This document shows, one piece after another, positions 37,608 to 46,331 of a DNA stretch of 64,000 nt. Source of the DNA: Campylobacterales bacterium (GTDB taxonomy: Bacteria > Campylobacterota > Campylobacteria > Campylobacterales > QNZT01); contig JALVVN010000006.1 of NCBI GenBank assembly GCA_027023405.1, forward strand, positions 55,142 through 119,141. The letters are read 5' to 3'. A program made the position numbers and the translations under genes. The first letter of the stretch is position 1; each line of letters opens with the position of its first letter. The notes beneath the pieces were generated by a model that was not told where the DNA came from, did not search any database, and worked only from the letters and a program-made list of their open reading frames with translations.

Positions 37608-39146
37608 CTATTGTTTTAAGTTAAAAATCAGAAAGAGTGTGCGACCTTGATCGCTATACTGAAGTTCACAACTTCCCTCTAAAATATGCATCAATGTTTT
37701 TAGTCGTTTGAGATTAAGTTTTGTGCGTTCCTCTTTAAAATTGCTTACAAAAAGTTGCATACGCACGGCACTTTCGCTTTTTTTCTGTGCAACATTCTCA
37801 ACACTATACTCTAAAAAATCATCTCCATCCAAAATCACAAATAACTCATCCAGTACATTTGTAAACACTTCATCAATTCTGCTCACACTTGATACAGCGT
37901 GTGTCGGAATAGTCGGATCAATTCGATACTTAAACGAAAAATCCTTCTTTTTACTCTCTTCAAGCAAAATCGTTGCAATCTTGGTAAACTTCTCCAGCGG
38001 ATTAAATGCCCTCAGTGCCGTCCTCTCGTGGTGTACCGGCGACTCTTCCTCTTTCTGACGAATCTCATTGCTCAAAGGAATCTCTTTTTTAAACACTGCC
38101 GTATCAGCTTGATCATCACTTAAACTATCGCGTACTGATTGCGGTTTTTTGAGTGGTTTTCGTTTCCCAAGCCTCGCATCTCTTGGCATTTCATCATCAG
38201 CGTGAAGATTTGGATACGAAAGATAATGCTGTCCAATGATGTGTGCATTTTTCAACGAAAAGAGTGCCACCAACAAAAAGAGAAGTGCACCCAACAACTT
38301 AAATAAAAGTCGATCCGGATCAACAAAAGCATCATTCACTTTCGTGCGTATTTGAACAAAGAGATCCTTTTTCGCATTTTCAAATTTCTGAAGTTGTTTT
38401 GTAATATTTTTATCCCATTTTGCACTATCAAAAGGGGTTGCTTTTGTAAGTATCTGATTGATAATCTCCGCTTTAATCGGCGTATCACCAAAGTCTATTT
38501 TGAGAGATGATGGAGAATCTACAGGTGTCAAAATCGCATCAAGATTTTGCAGCTCACCATTATTTGCCATCTCCCCTTTTTGCAAGAGATAATCGATAAA
38601 AATTTTGCCACTTGTTTGTCGATTTCTGTACGCTAAAAGCGAAAGATATTGCCCCGGCTCTTCGGAGAGCCCAATAATTTTTTCCAACTCTTGTGTCCCT
38701 TGATGCACACCTTCAAGTACTTTACTACCAAGACTCTTATCATAATATTTAGAAAAGATCTCCACACTATCTGGACTAATCAAATCCACCCGACTTCTGA
38801 CATATTGCAAATCACTTGCAAAGGAGGGAATTTTGCGTAATACACCCTTGTATCGCACTACTCTCTCATCTGTCTGCTTGCGCGCTTTTTCAAGCACAGA
38901 AAAGTCACTCTTGCCTTGCTGTGACAGATAGATAGCACTCTGTTGTGCCTCATTTTCAAGTGCTCTAAGCAATACATCCCCACGATAGAGCTGAGGTAGA
39001 TATTTATCTGAACTTTGCAACACTTTATACGATTGATAAGAGAGAAACCCCTGATACGCAAAATAGGCAAAGAGTATCCAAGAGATGATTGAAAGTACGA
39101 CAAGCGGGATATAGAGTCTATTTTTCATCGCGCTTCTCCAGTGCAT
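37608..39146 (-). CDS. Two-TM sensor-like protein: periplasmic NIT-like domain plus degenerate histidine-kinase-ATPase-like tail
   Basis: TM1 is LYIPLVVLSIISWILFAYFAY. A NIT-type signature is present (LLRALENEAQQSAIYLSQQGKSDFSVLEKARKQTDERV). TM2 is LLGALLFLLVALFSL. The C-terminal about 150 aa have kinase-ATPase-like spacing (VFTNVLDELFVIL, MQLFVSNF, LMHILEGSCELQYSDQGRTLFLIFNL), but I cannot find an H box or N/G1/G2 boxes. An alternative start is the ATG at 39128. Confidence 0.55.
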   Translation of the reverse strand: MHWRSAMKNRLYIPLVVLSIISWILFAYFAYQGFLSYQSYKVLQSSDKYLPQLYRGDVLLRALENEAQQSAIYLSQQGKSDFSVLEKARKQTDERVVRYKGVLRKIPSFASDLQYVRSRVDLISPDSVEIFSKYYDKSLGSKVLEGVHQGTQELEKIIGLSEEPGQYLSLLAYRNRQTSGKIFIDYLLQKGEMANNGELQNLDAILTPVDSPSSLKIDFGDTPIKAEIINQILTKATPFDSAKWDKNITKQLQKFENAKKDLFVQIRTKVNDAFVDPDRLLFKLLGALLFLLVALFSLKNAHIIGQHYLSYPNLHADDEMPRDARLGKRKPLKKPQSVRDSLSDDQADTAVFKKEIPLSNEIRQKEEESPVHHERTALRAFNPLEKFTKIATILLEESKKKDFSFKYRIDPTIPTHAVSSVSRIDEVFTNVLDELFVILDGDDFLEYSVENVAQKKSESAVRMQLFVSNFKEERTKLNLKRLKTLMHILEGSCELQYSDQGRTLFLIFNLKQ

Positions 39147-39780
39147 CGGTCAAAACCATCGCGATATTGGGAACAAATATCGAATTTTTGTGGTAAATGG
39201 TGGTGTAGCTTTTCCATGTCGGATCTATATCGAAATGTGTACGAATACGCTCCAGTTTGGACAAAGCTTCCTTTGGGCTGATTAACGGCTCAAAAGAGAG
39301 GTTGGTACACAAATAGTAACCAGTAAGCTTTTCAAGCGCCAAATCCGGATCAAGTAGGTTTTTCTCCAAGTCACCTGACTGCTTCAAATGGTCGCGTCTC
39401 ACAGCTTCACCACCCTCAAGCATCGATCGCACGAGATCCAATATCTCTTTGGTACTATCTTTATCCAACGGTTTTTGCAGTCTCTCTTTGATCTCATCTT
39501 TTGAATAGACCAAGAAATCGAGCATCTCTTTGAGCTCTTTATCTTTTGCAAGACGCGCCAAAAGACGAAACTCTTTTTCCATCTCTAAAATGAGCGCTCT
39601 CAACGAAAGCATCATCTCTCTATTGCTTGGATCGCGGTAGAGCATCAGTGATCTATTGCCTATTTTCCCGGTAATGAGATTGATATGCCCTGTCAATTTG
39701 AGCAATTCACTCTGAGCATGGATCTTCCCCGAACCCAAACTCATTAACAAAAGAACCGATACCAACCATCTCATCATCAA
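39118..39780 (-). CDS. Secreted helical protein, degenerate PilJ/NarX-type module (hypothetical)
   Basis: It has a signal peptide (MMMRWLVSVLLLMSLGSGKIHA). The motif INLITGKIGNRSLMLYR sits where its neighbours carry INxxGxQRMLSQR. The rest of the sequence is helix-rich. Confidence 0.4.
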   Translation of the reverse strand: MMMRWLVSVLLLMSLGSGKIHAQSELLKLTGHINLITGKIGNRSLMLYRDPSNREMMLSLRALILEMEKEFRLLARLAKDKELKEMLDFLVYSKDEIKERLQKPLDKDSTKEILDLVRSMLEGGEAVRRDHLKQSGDLEKNLLDPDLALEKLTGYYLCTNLSFEPLISPKEALSKLERIRTHFDIDPTWKSYTTIYHKNSIFVPNIAMVLTDALEKRDEK

Positions 39781-39799
39781 AACGCTTTAACTCCCTGTC

Positions 39800-40654
39800 C
39801 TATTGTGTAGCATAGAGCTTTGTAATCTCATTCATCTTGCGCGTAATATCATTCGTACTCTTAAAGACGATAAACGGCAATCCACCCTTTTCAATGCCAA
39901 GATAAAATTTATAGACAATTTTCCATAAACGATCCACTTCATTGAGCTTTTGGTTGATCGTCGCACTATTATGCGCATACTTCATCAAATCTTGATGATT
40001 TTGAGAAAACTCTTTCACTGTTGCCTTCATCTGCTCCACGGTATTTTTATCCTTGATTCCAGATTGGTAGGCGATATAGTATTTGGCAATCCGTTGTGCC
40101 AACATTCTTTGCTTACCGCTTTTAGCTATAATTTGTGCCTGTTGTTTATCGGAGGTTAACTTTTTATCTTTAGTGATCGAATCAACCACATATTGACTCC
40201 CCTCCAACAATGACTCACTCAAATCAAGTGCAATCTGCGCATTATCCAAACTGAAAGGCTTTTTTGTTAAATCTTTTAAATCTCCAAAACTCAAATCGAC
40301 AAATGCCAAAAGGTTTTTAATCTCCGCATTGTTGATGGAGTCTTTAAGGGTCTTCAGTGTCTTTTCAAACTCACTCATCGACGCATTGAGCTCTCTGGTC
40401 GCTTTACTTACGGCAACACCTTTGCCCTTATAAAGATAATCTTTGACCATGCGTTGAGAAAGCATTCGTTGACGACCGGCAATATTAACCAAATGATCAA
40501 TCTCTTTATTTTGCGTCTTGGCTTGTGTAGGTGACGGTGCACTACTTTGTGTCGTATTGAGTAATGTTGCTTCTCTTGCGGGTGTCTCTATCTTGGCTTC
40601 TGCTAACTGCACAAATAGTGCACAAACTACAAGTGTTCGGGTTAAACTCTTCAT
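39800..40654 (-). CDS. Secreted protein with two tandem PilJ/NarX-type (P-box) sensor modules
   Basis: It has a signal peptide (MKSLTRTLVVCALFVQLAEA) and an ATG at 40654 that is 8 nt after AAGGAAG. The two modules begin with VNIAGRQRMLSQRMVKDY and IAKSGKQRMLAQRIAKYY. Confidence 0.62.
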   Translation of the reverse strand: MKSLTRTLVVCALFVQLAEAKIETPAREATLLNTTQSSAPSPTQAKTQNKEIDHLVNIAGRQRMLSQRMVKDYLYKGKGVAVSKATRELNASMSEFEKTLKTLKDSINNAEIKNLLAFVDLSFGDLKDLTKKPFSLDNAQIALDLSESLLEGSQYVVDSITKDKKLTSDKQQAQIIAKSGKQRMLAQRIAKYYIAYQSGIKDKNTVEQMKATVKEFSQNHQDLMKYAHNSATINQKLNEVDRLWKIVYKFYLGIEKGGLPFIVFKSTNDITRKMNEITKLYATQ

Positions 40655-40667
40655 GGTTACACTTCCT

Positions 40668-41423
40668 TTATTCATTTTTTGCATACAATTTTGTTACTCT
40701 ATCCATGTCTTTTAAAATATCATCGGACTTACGATAGATGAGTGCCGGTATAAATTTTGATTTTGAGCGATTCATCATCTCCAAAAAGAGAAAAGAGCGA
40801 TCTACTTTGGTAAGCAAGTGCTTGATCTCCTCACTATTTTTCGGATAGGCTTTCAGTTTTTTCGCCGACTCTTTAAACAGAGTCATCGCTTCTTGCAACT
40901 TTTTGGCAAATGCTTCATCTTTAACACCCCAAGTTTTAATAAGATACAAACTTGCCATTCGTTGAGATAGCATCCGTTGTCGTCCCGATATATTGATAAT
41001 CTCATTTCCCTTCTGTTTAGACAGATTGACAAAATCTTTCGTCGCCTCATCCGCCTTTTTCAAAAGCTTCTCAAGTAAGTTTTGAAGCTCAGGCACCTTT
41101 TCGATATTTGGCGTATCATTTAAAATTATTTTAACTTTTTTCCAAATTTCTTCTTCATCTTTAAGTGCCTTCATAGTAATTGTATCAGATTTAAATTGTT
41201 GAAGTGCTTGAAGCGACTTTTCAAAAGCATCCGTTGTGCGTACTAAATCCTCCTTTGGCTTACCATAATGGTTCTGCATTCCTATCATCGCATAATCTTT
41301 TAAAAAGCGTTGAGAATACATCCTCTGTTTCCCTGAAATATTAATTGCATCTGATAGTGATGTAATCGTACCTCCAAAGAGTGCGGTGCCTATCCAAAAT
41401 AATAGAATAATCGTTTTTTTCAA
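40668..41423 (-). CDS. Secreted protein with two tandem PilJ/NarX-type (P-box) sensor modules
   Basis: It has an N-terminal signal or anchor (MKKTIILLFWIGTALFGG). The two modules begin with INISGKQRMYSQRFLKDY and INISGRQRMLSQRMASLY. Confidence 0.62.
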   Translation of the reverse strand: MKKTIILLFWIGTALFGGTITSLSDAINISGKQRMYSQRFLKDYAMIGMQNHYGKPKEDLVRTTDAFEKSLQALQQFKSDTITMKALKDEEEIWKKVKIILNDTPNIEKVPELQNLLEKLLKKADEATKDFVNLSKQKGNEIINISGRQRMLSQRMASLYLIKTWGVKDEAFAKKLQEAMTLFKESAKKLKAYPKNSEEIKHLLTKVDRSFLFLEMMNRSKSKFIPALIYRKSDDILKDMDRVTKLYAKNE

Positions 41424-41538
41424 AATGCTATCTCCTCAAAATTTTTAGCACTAGGGTTTTTAGAGATGACCTTACTCCAAGATCCTAGATCGGAAATTTA
41501 AAATATTTCTTTAATTTTTAATAAAGATACAAAAATTT

Positions 41539-41547
41539 TGCTATAAT
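41539..41547 (+). promoter_or_regulatory. Extended -10 element (TGcTATAAT) immediately upstream of pqiA
   Basis: The sequence tttTGcTATAATatatcttATG has its -10 ending at 41547, only 7 nt before the ATG at 41555, with no Shine-Dalgarno in between. Confidence 0.4.
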
Positions 41548-41554
41548 ATATCTT

Positions 41555-42199
41555 ATGAAGAGTGAAAAAACCGTAGAAAATCTCGATCATCTGATTATTT
41601 GCAAAAAGTGCGATACACTGCATCATAAGCGACACTTACCCCCTTCAAGTGTCGCCAAATGCCGTGAATGCGGTGCAATCCTCTACCGCCATCATCGCAA
41701 TCTTATCGATTGGGGATTGGCGATGGGATTGAGTGCACTCATCTTTTTTATTCTTGCAAATAGTTTTGAGATTGTTACGATTGACTTGCGAGGAATCAAG
41801 CAGGGAATCACCTTACCGAGTGTCATCTTTTCCCTCTTTGAAAACGGCTATTGGTTGGTGGGGCTCTTTTGTCTCTTTGTCATTTTAATTTTTCCCTTTG
41901 TGCTACTGATTCTTTATCTTTGGATTATGTATCTACTCAAGACGCGTCAAGATGAGCCGCTTGTCGAAAAGCTACTTATCTATCTTGCCAAAATGCTTCC
42001 CTGGAATATGAGTGAAATCTTTCTTGTCTCGATCTTTGTCGCACTGGTCAAACTTGTCGGCTATGCGCAAATAAATCTTGGCACTTCACTCTGGGCATTG
42101 GCACTCTTTGTCGGCTTTGATCTCTACCTGAGCAAAAGTATCTCGATCGATGAGATTTGGCGTGCCAAAAAACGCATATTTAGGGGAAAAGATGTCTAA
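41555..42199 (+). CDS. pqiA: Paraquat-inducible protein A family, first half-size subunit
   Basis: It has a Cys4 zinc-ribbon (CKKCDTLHH...CRECGAIL) followed by four TM segments and the PWNMSEIFLVSIFVALVKL motif of PqiA domains. Confidence 0.8.
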   Translation: MKSEKTVENLDHLIICKKCDTLHHKRHLPPSSVAKCRECGAILYRHHRNLIDWGLAMGLSALIFFILANSFEIVTIDLRGIKQGITLPSVIFSLFENGYWLVGLFCLFVILIFPFVLLILYLWIMYLLKTRQDEPLVEKLLIYLAKMLPWNMSEIFLVSIFVALVKLVGYAQINLGTSLWALALFVGFDLYLSKSISIDEIWRAKKRIFRGKDV

Positions 42200-42773
42200 A
42201 TATATCCGATGCCCCATCTGCGAAGCGGTCAATTATGATACCAAAGGAGATATCACCTGCCGCCGATGCAAACAGAAAATCTATCACGAAAAGGGGCGTA
42301 GCTACCAAGCTACCCTCGCCTATCTCATCACGGCGATCATCTTCTACTTTCCGGCAAATCTATATCCAATGCTCACTACCGACACTTTTGGAGAGAAGAG
42401 CCAAAGCACCATTATCGGCGGTGTTATCTCGCTTTGGGAGCACGGTTCCTACCCGATTGCTCTAATCATCCTTGTCGCTTCTGTCTTTGTACCCATCTTA
42501 AAGTTTATCTTGATAGGCTATCTACTCATATGGTCAAAATGGAGTCACCATCGTAGTGATATCGACAAGCATAAACTCTTCTATATTACAGAAGTGATAG
42601 GACCGTGGTCGATGATCGATGTCTTTGTTGTAGCGATTTTGGGGGCATTGGTGCATCTCTCGATTGTCGAGATCACACCCGGTCCCGCCGCAACATCCTT
42701 TGCGTTGATGGTCTTTTTTACACTGATGGCAGCGTTATCGTTCGATACGAGACTTATTTGGGAGGAAAAATAA
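42192..42773 (+). CDS. pqiA: Paraquat-inducible protein A family, second half-size subunit
   Basis: It has a Cys4 zinc-ribbon (CPICEAVNY...CRRCKQKI), TM segments and the motif GPWSMIDVFVVAILGALV. The ATG at 42192 follows AGGGGA and overlaps the previous stop by 8 nt. Confidence 0.8.
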   Translation: MSKYIRCPICEAVNYDTKGDITCRRCKQKIYHEKGRSYQATLAYLITAIIFYFPANLYPMLTTDTFGEKSQSTIIGGVISLWEHGSYPIALIILVASVFVPILKFILIGYLLIWSKWSHHRSDIDKHKLFYITEVIGPWSMIDVFVVAILGALVHLSIVEITPGPAATSFALMVFFTLMAALSFDTRLIWEEK

Positions 42774-42777
42774 AACA

Positions 42778-44415
42778 ATGAAGCAAAAAAATATACCCGA
42801 AGTGGTTGTGAGCCAAAAACCGCAACTCTTCACTTCCGTTTGGATCATTCCACTCATTGCACTCATCGTAGCATTGTGGCTCGCATGGCAATACTTTAGT
42901 CAACTCGGTCCCAAAGTGGAGATCGTCTTTCAAACCAGTTCCGGACTCAAAGTGGGACAGTCTGAAGTAAAAATGCGTGATGTTCCCGTCGGTATCGTCA
43001 AAAATATTCAACTCCTTGATAAAAAAAAGGGGGTTCTTGTTACCGTCAGACTTCACAAAGATGCGCAAAAATATCTCAACAGCGACACCAAATTTTGGAT
43101 CGCCCGTCCACAGATCAACACCAAAGGGATTAGCGGTCTCGATACCCTGATGTCCGGTCCCTACATCGCCATGTACGGTAAACAAGGAAGAGGTAAAGTG
43201 AGACACTTTGTCGGCTTGGAGCAGCCCTACATCGACAAAAGTGACACTCCTGGTAAACGATTTTATCTTAGTGCACCCGATAGTCATGATCTGAGTGTCG
43301 GCGCCAATGTCTACTATCGCAAGATCAAGGTCGGTACACTAGAGAGTCTCAAACTCTCTCCCGATGGACAAAAGGTCAATTTCACGATCTTTATCAAAGA
43401 TCCCTACACCCGTTTTGTCAATACCCAAACCCAATTTTGGCGCACTAACAACCTCTCTCTCGACTTCTCTGCCGGCACCTTTAAAGTCGATGTCGCACCC
43501 CTTTCCAATCTTCTTAGTGGAGGCATCGCCTTCTCTACCACCACTAAAAGTGTCCGGGATCATAAACTCTCCGACAACTATGTTTTTGCACTCTATGACA
43601 ATTATGCCCAAGCACGACAAAAAACGATAGGATTCGGCGGTAACGGTTTTCAAACTTTTGAGTTTCGTTTTGATGAACCGATCGGTAAGCTTGAGATCGG
43701 TGCTCCAATTGAATTTTACGGCTTTGAGATCGGGCATGTGGTCAATATCGAATCCGATTTTGACAGCAACAAAAATGTCATTCGCTCGATCGTTATCGGG
43801 ATGATTGATACCTCTGTCTTTATCGACCTTCAAAAGGGACAAGATGCACAGACCAATCTCCAAAATGCCGTTGCAAAAGGGCTGAAGGCTCGACTCGCCC
43901 AAAGCGATCCGATCACCCGTACCCAATATATCGAGTTGGCAATGGATACCAAAGGTAAACCAGGTAAAATTTTCCCAACCAAAAAATACGCTATCTTCCC
44001 GACAATGCCAAGTGCTTTTAACGGCTTAATGGATAAACTCAGCGCCTTTGTCGATAAGCTCAACAAGCTCGATCTCCAAAAAGTCCTCACCTCCGTCAAT
44101 AACCTCATCGACGAGAGCAAACCTCAAGTTCACACACTCCTTGGTAATCTCAACCAAAGTGTCAAACAGATCAATACGCTCACACGATCCAAAGGAATCA
44201 AGAACCTCCCACATCGTCTCGATCACACACTCAAAAATCTTGCCACTACGCTCAAAGATATCAATCTTGTCCTCGAAGGAGACAGCTCCCACTCGCTCCT
44301 ATCCGCCAAGATCACGACAATGCTCCGAGAGCTGACAAAAATGTCGCGATCGGTACAGCGACTCACCGACAAACTTGACAAAAAACCTAACGCCCTTATA
44401 TTTGGAGATGAATAG
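42778..44415 (+). CDS. pqiB: PqiB-like multi-MCE-domain intermembrane transport protein
   Basis: It has an N-terminal TM anchor (VWIIPLIALIVALWLAW). Three MCE-like repeats begin GLKVGQSEVKMRDVPVGIV, LSVGANVYYRKIKVGTL and LEIGAPIEFYGFEIGHV. The tail is a C-terminal helix. Confidence 0.85.
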   Translation: MKQKNIPEVVVSQKPQLFTSVWIIPLIALIVALWLAWQYFSQLGPKVEIVFQTSSGLKVGQSEVKMRDVPVGIVKNIQLLDKKKGVLVTVRLHKDAQKYLNSDTKFWIARPQINTKGISGLDTLMSGPYIAMYGKQGRGKVRHFVGLEQPYIDKSDTPGKRFYLSAPDSHDLSVGANVYYRKIKVGTLESLKLSPDGQKVNFTIFIKDPYTRFVNTQTQFWRTNNLSLDFSAGTFKVDVAPLSNLLSGGIAFSTTTKSVRDHKLSDNYVFALYDNYAQARQKTIGFGGNGFQTFEFRFDEPIGKLEIGAPIEFYGFEIGHVVNIESDFDSNKNVIRSIVIGMIDTSVFIDLQKGQDAQTNLQNAVAKGLKARLAQSDPITRTQYIELAMDTKGKPGKIFPTKKYAIFPTMPSAFNGLMDKLSAFVDKLNKLDLQKVLTSVNNLIDESKPQVHTLLGNLNQSVKQINTLTRSKGIKNLPHRLDHTLKNLATTLKDINLVLEGDSSHSLLSAKITTMLRELTKMSRSVQRLTDKLDKKPNALIFGDE

Positions 44416-44976
44416 ATGAAAACGATACTTTTACTTTGCCTCACCTTGATCTTTAGCAGTTGTAGCATCAAATCCAAAAGCTACTATCTCCTAGAGGGGG
44501 ACAAGAGAATCCTCCAAACACATCCCAAACCTGCCGTCATAGGTATCGCCAAGATCGAGCTACCACGCTACTTCAACCAAAACGACCTCGCTATCAAAGC
44601 CACCGACAATCGCGTCATCTTCCTCCAAAAAGCAAACTGGATCAGCGATATGGATGAACAGCTCACAAGCGTACTCATTCGCTATCTCAAACGCTACTTC
44701 AACACCACTGACATCTTCTACTATCCGTGGGAGAGCGAAAAGAAAATCCAAAAAATCGTCAAACTCAGAATTGAAAACTTTATCTATCAAAAACAAAAAA
44801 AAGAGGTAATCCTCGATGCTTCGTGGGAAATTAGAGGAGGTGGACACAGCAAGGCTAAATTTTTCCACACCCAAATCCCCTCTGCTGACGATAGCGATGC
44901 CATTGTCAAAGCTATGGACAAAGCCTTCGGCAAACTCGAACTCCAAATTGCAAGGAGTCTCCAATCGACAAAATAG
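44416..44976 (+). CDS. pqiC: PqiC-like (ABC-type transport auxiliary, DUF330) lipoprotein
   Basis: It has a lipobox (LTLIFSSCS), the size and position of pqiC directly abutting pqiB, and a YYLLEGD start to the mature protein. Confidence 0.75.
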   Translation: MKTILLLCLTLIFSSCSIKSKSYYLLEGDKRILQTHPKPAVIGIAKIELPRYFNQNDLAIKATDNRVIFLQKANWISDMDEQLTSVLIRYLKRYFNTTDIFYYPWESEKKIQKIVKLRIENFIYQKQKKEVILDASWEIRGGGHSKAKFFHTQIPSADDSDAIVKAMDKAFGKLELQIARSLQSTK

Positions 44977-45008
44977 CAGGCACCTTTGCAGCCAAACGAA
45001 ATACAAAA

Positions 45009-46331
45009 GTGCTCTTCTTGGGCAGATTGCACCATCTCACCCAAGCAGAGATCGATGCCTTTTTATCCCAATACGATATGAGTGCAACCAATACACTTGA
45101 TGATAGTGTGGGTATCCTCATAGAGAGCTCGATGATACATCCCAATGAGGAGGAGATCTCCTACGAAGCCTACAAAAAAAAGATCCCTAGCTTTACACTC
45201 TCACAGTTTGAAGCCTTTTATGCGCAAAATATCTCACCCCAATCGCTTCTCATGGCTCTCAAACTCTCTAACGATCAAGATCGCATCATCCGCACACTCA
45301 AAAATGAGGCAATTGACGATGAACTCTACCTCAAAGTGCTCAAACTCTACGATTGGGGCAATGAAGGGATCTATGACAATGATCAAAATCGCGATGTAAC
45401 CCTCACCTTTATCAAGCGTTTTTTCAAGGTTGATCACTTTCTTGATCCGGCGACAATCTATTCACCCATCACGCTCACCACCATCCTTTCGCAAAGCAAC
45501 GATCCGCTGCTACTTGAAACTGCACTCTCACTACCAAACTACACCTTCAAAGTCAGCCGACAAGCCCATAAACGCCCAAACAACATTCGCCAACTTGTCG
45601 CTCACAACCCTCACACACCCAGGCAAAGTCTGGAGCGTCTCTTCAACTACAACGATCCGCAGATCGACTACTTTCTCGCGCAAAACCCCGCTATCGAGAC
45701 TTCACTTCAAGAGAGACTCTTTGTCCGTTCCTCCGACGAGACGCGTCAAATGCTCGCCCAAAATCCCTCGCTAAGTGATCCCCTCTTTGAAAAACTCTTG
45801 AATGATCCGACTACCGCACCAATCCTCTTAGCCTTTGCCAAGATGGATAAAAATCGATTTGCTCTCGCACAAAAGAGTGAAACCTTTTTTCAAATCGCCC
45901 AAAATGAGACGATCGCTCCTTTTGAAAATACGCTATTAGAGATATGTGATCCACGCATCGATCAGCTACTCGCTTCCAACCCCGTCATCACTGCACAAAC
46001 ACTCCAAAAACTTTATGAAAAAAATCCAGATACGCTTGCAGAAGCACTCTGTCAAAACCCTCATCTTCCCACATCGATTCTCACCCACTACGCAACTCTC
46101 AACGATCCACAACTTCTACCGCATATCGCCCAAAATCCCTCCACGCCATCGGAGATCCTAGAGCGACTCTTTCAAACAGATGATTTTGAGATCCACCGTG
46201 CACTCGCCCTCAACCCCTCCACGCCGATTAAGATTCTTCAACAACTCCAACTCGACAATCGTCTAATGACTTATCTCTCCAAAAATAGAACCTTTACGGA
46301 TAAGATTTTAAACAATTTAGGGATCGGGTAA
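45009..46331 (+). CDS. BRCT-like N-terminal domain protein with leucine-rich-repeat-variant (LRV/HEAT-like) repeats
   Basis: The N-terminus (VLFLGRLHHLTQAEIDAFLSQYDMSATNTLDDSVGILIESS) has a BRCT-like pattern. The C-terminal two-thirds carry at least 7 repeats of the form L(A)xNPxxxxxxLxxL (LAQNPAIETSLQERL, LAQNPSLSDPLFEKL, LASNPVITAQTLQKL, LCQNPHLPTSILTHY, IAQNPSTPSEILERL, LALNPSTPIKILQQL). The GTG start is uncertain. Confidence 0.5.
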   Translation: MLFLGRLHHLTQAEIDAFLSQYDMSATNTLDDSVGILIESSMIHPNEEEISYEAYKKKIPSFTLSQFEAFYAQNISPQSLLMALKLSNDQDRIIRTLKNEAIDDELYLKVLKLYDWGNEGIYDNDQNRDVTLTFIKRFFKVDHFLDPATIYSPITLTTILSQSNDPLLLETALSLPNYTFKVSRQAHKRPNNIRQLVAHNPHTPRQSLERLFNYNDPQIDYFLAQNPAIETSLQERLFVRSSDETRQMLAQNPSLSDPLFEKLLNDPTTAPILLAFAKMDKNRFALAQKSETFFQIAQNETIAPFENTLLEICDPRIDQLLASNPVITAQTLQKLYEKNPDTLAEALCQNPHLPTSILTHYATLNDPQLLPHIAQNPSTPSEILERLFQTDDFEIHRALALNPSTPIKILQQLQLDNRLMTYLSKNRTFTDKILNNLGIG

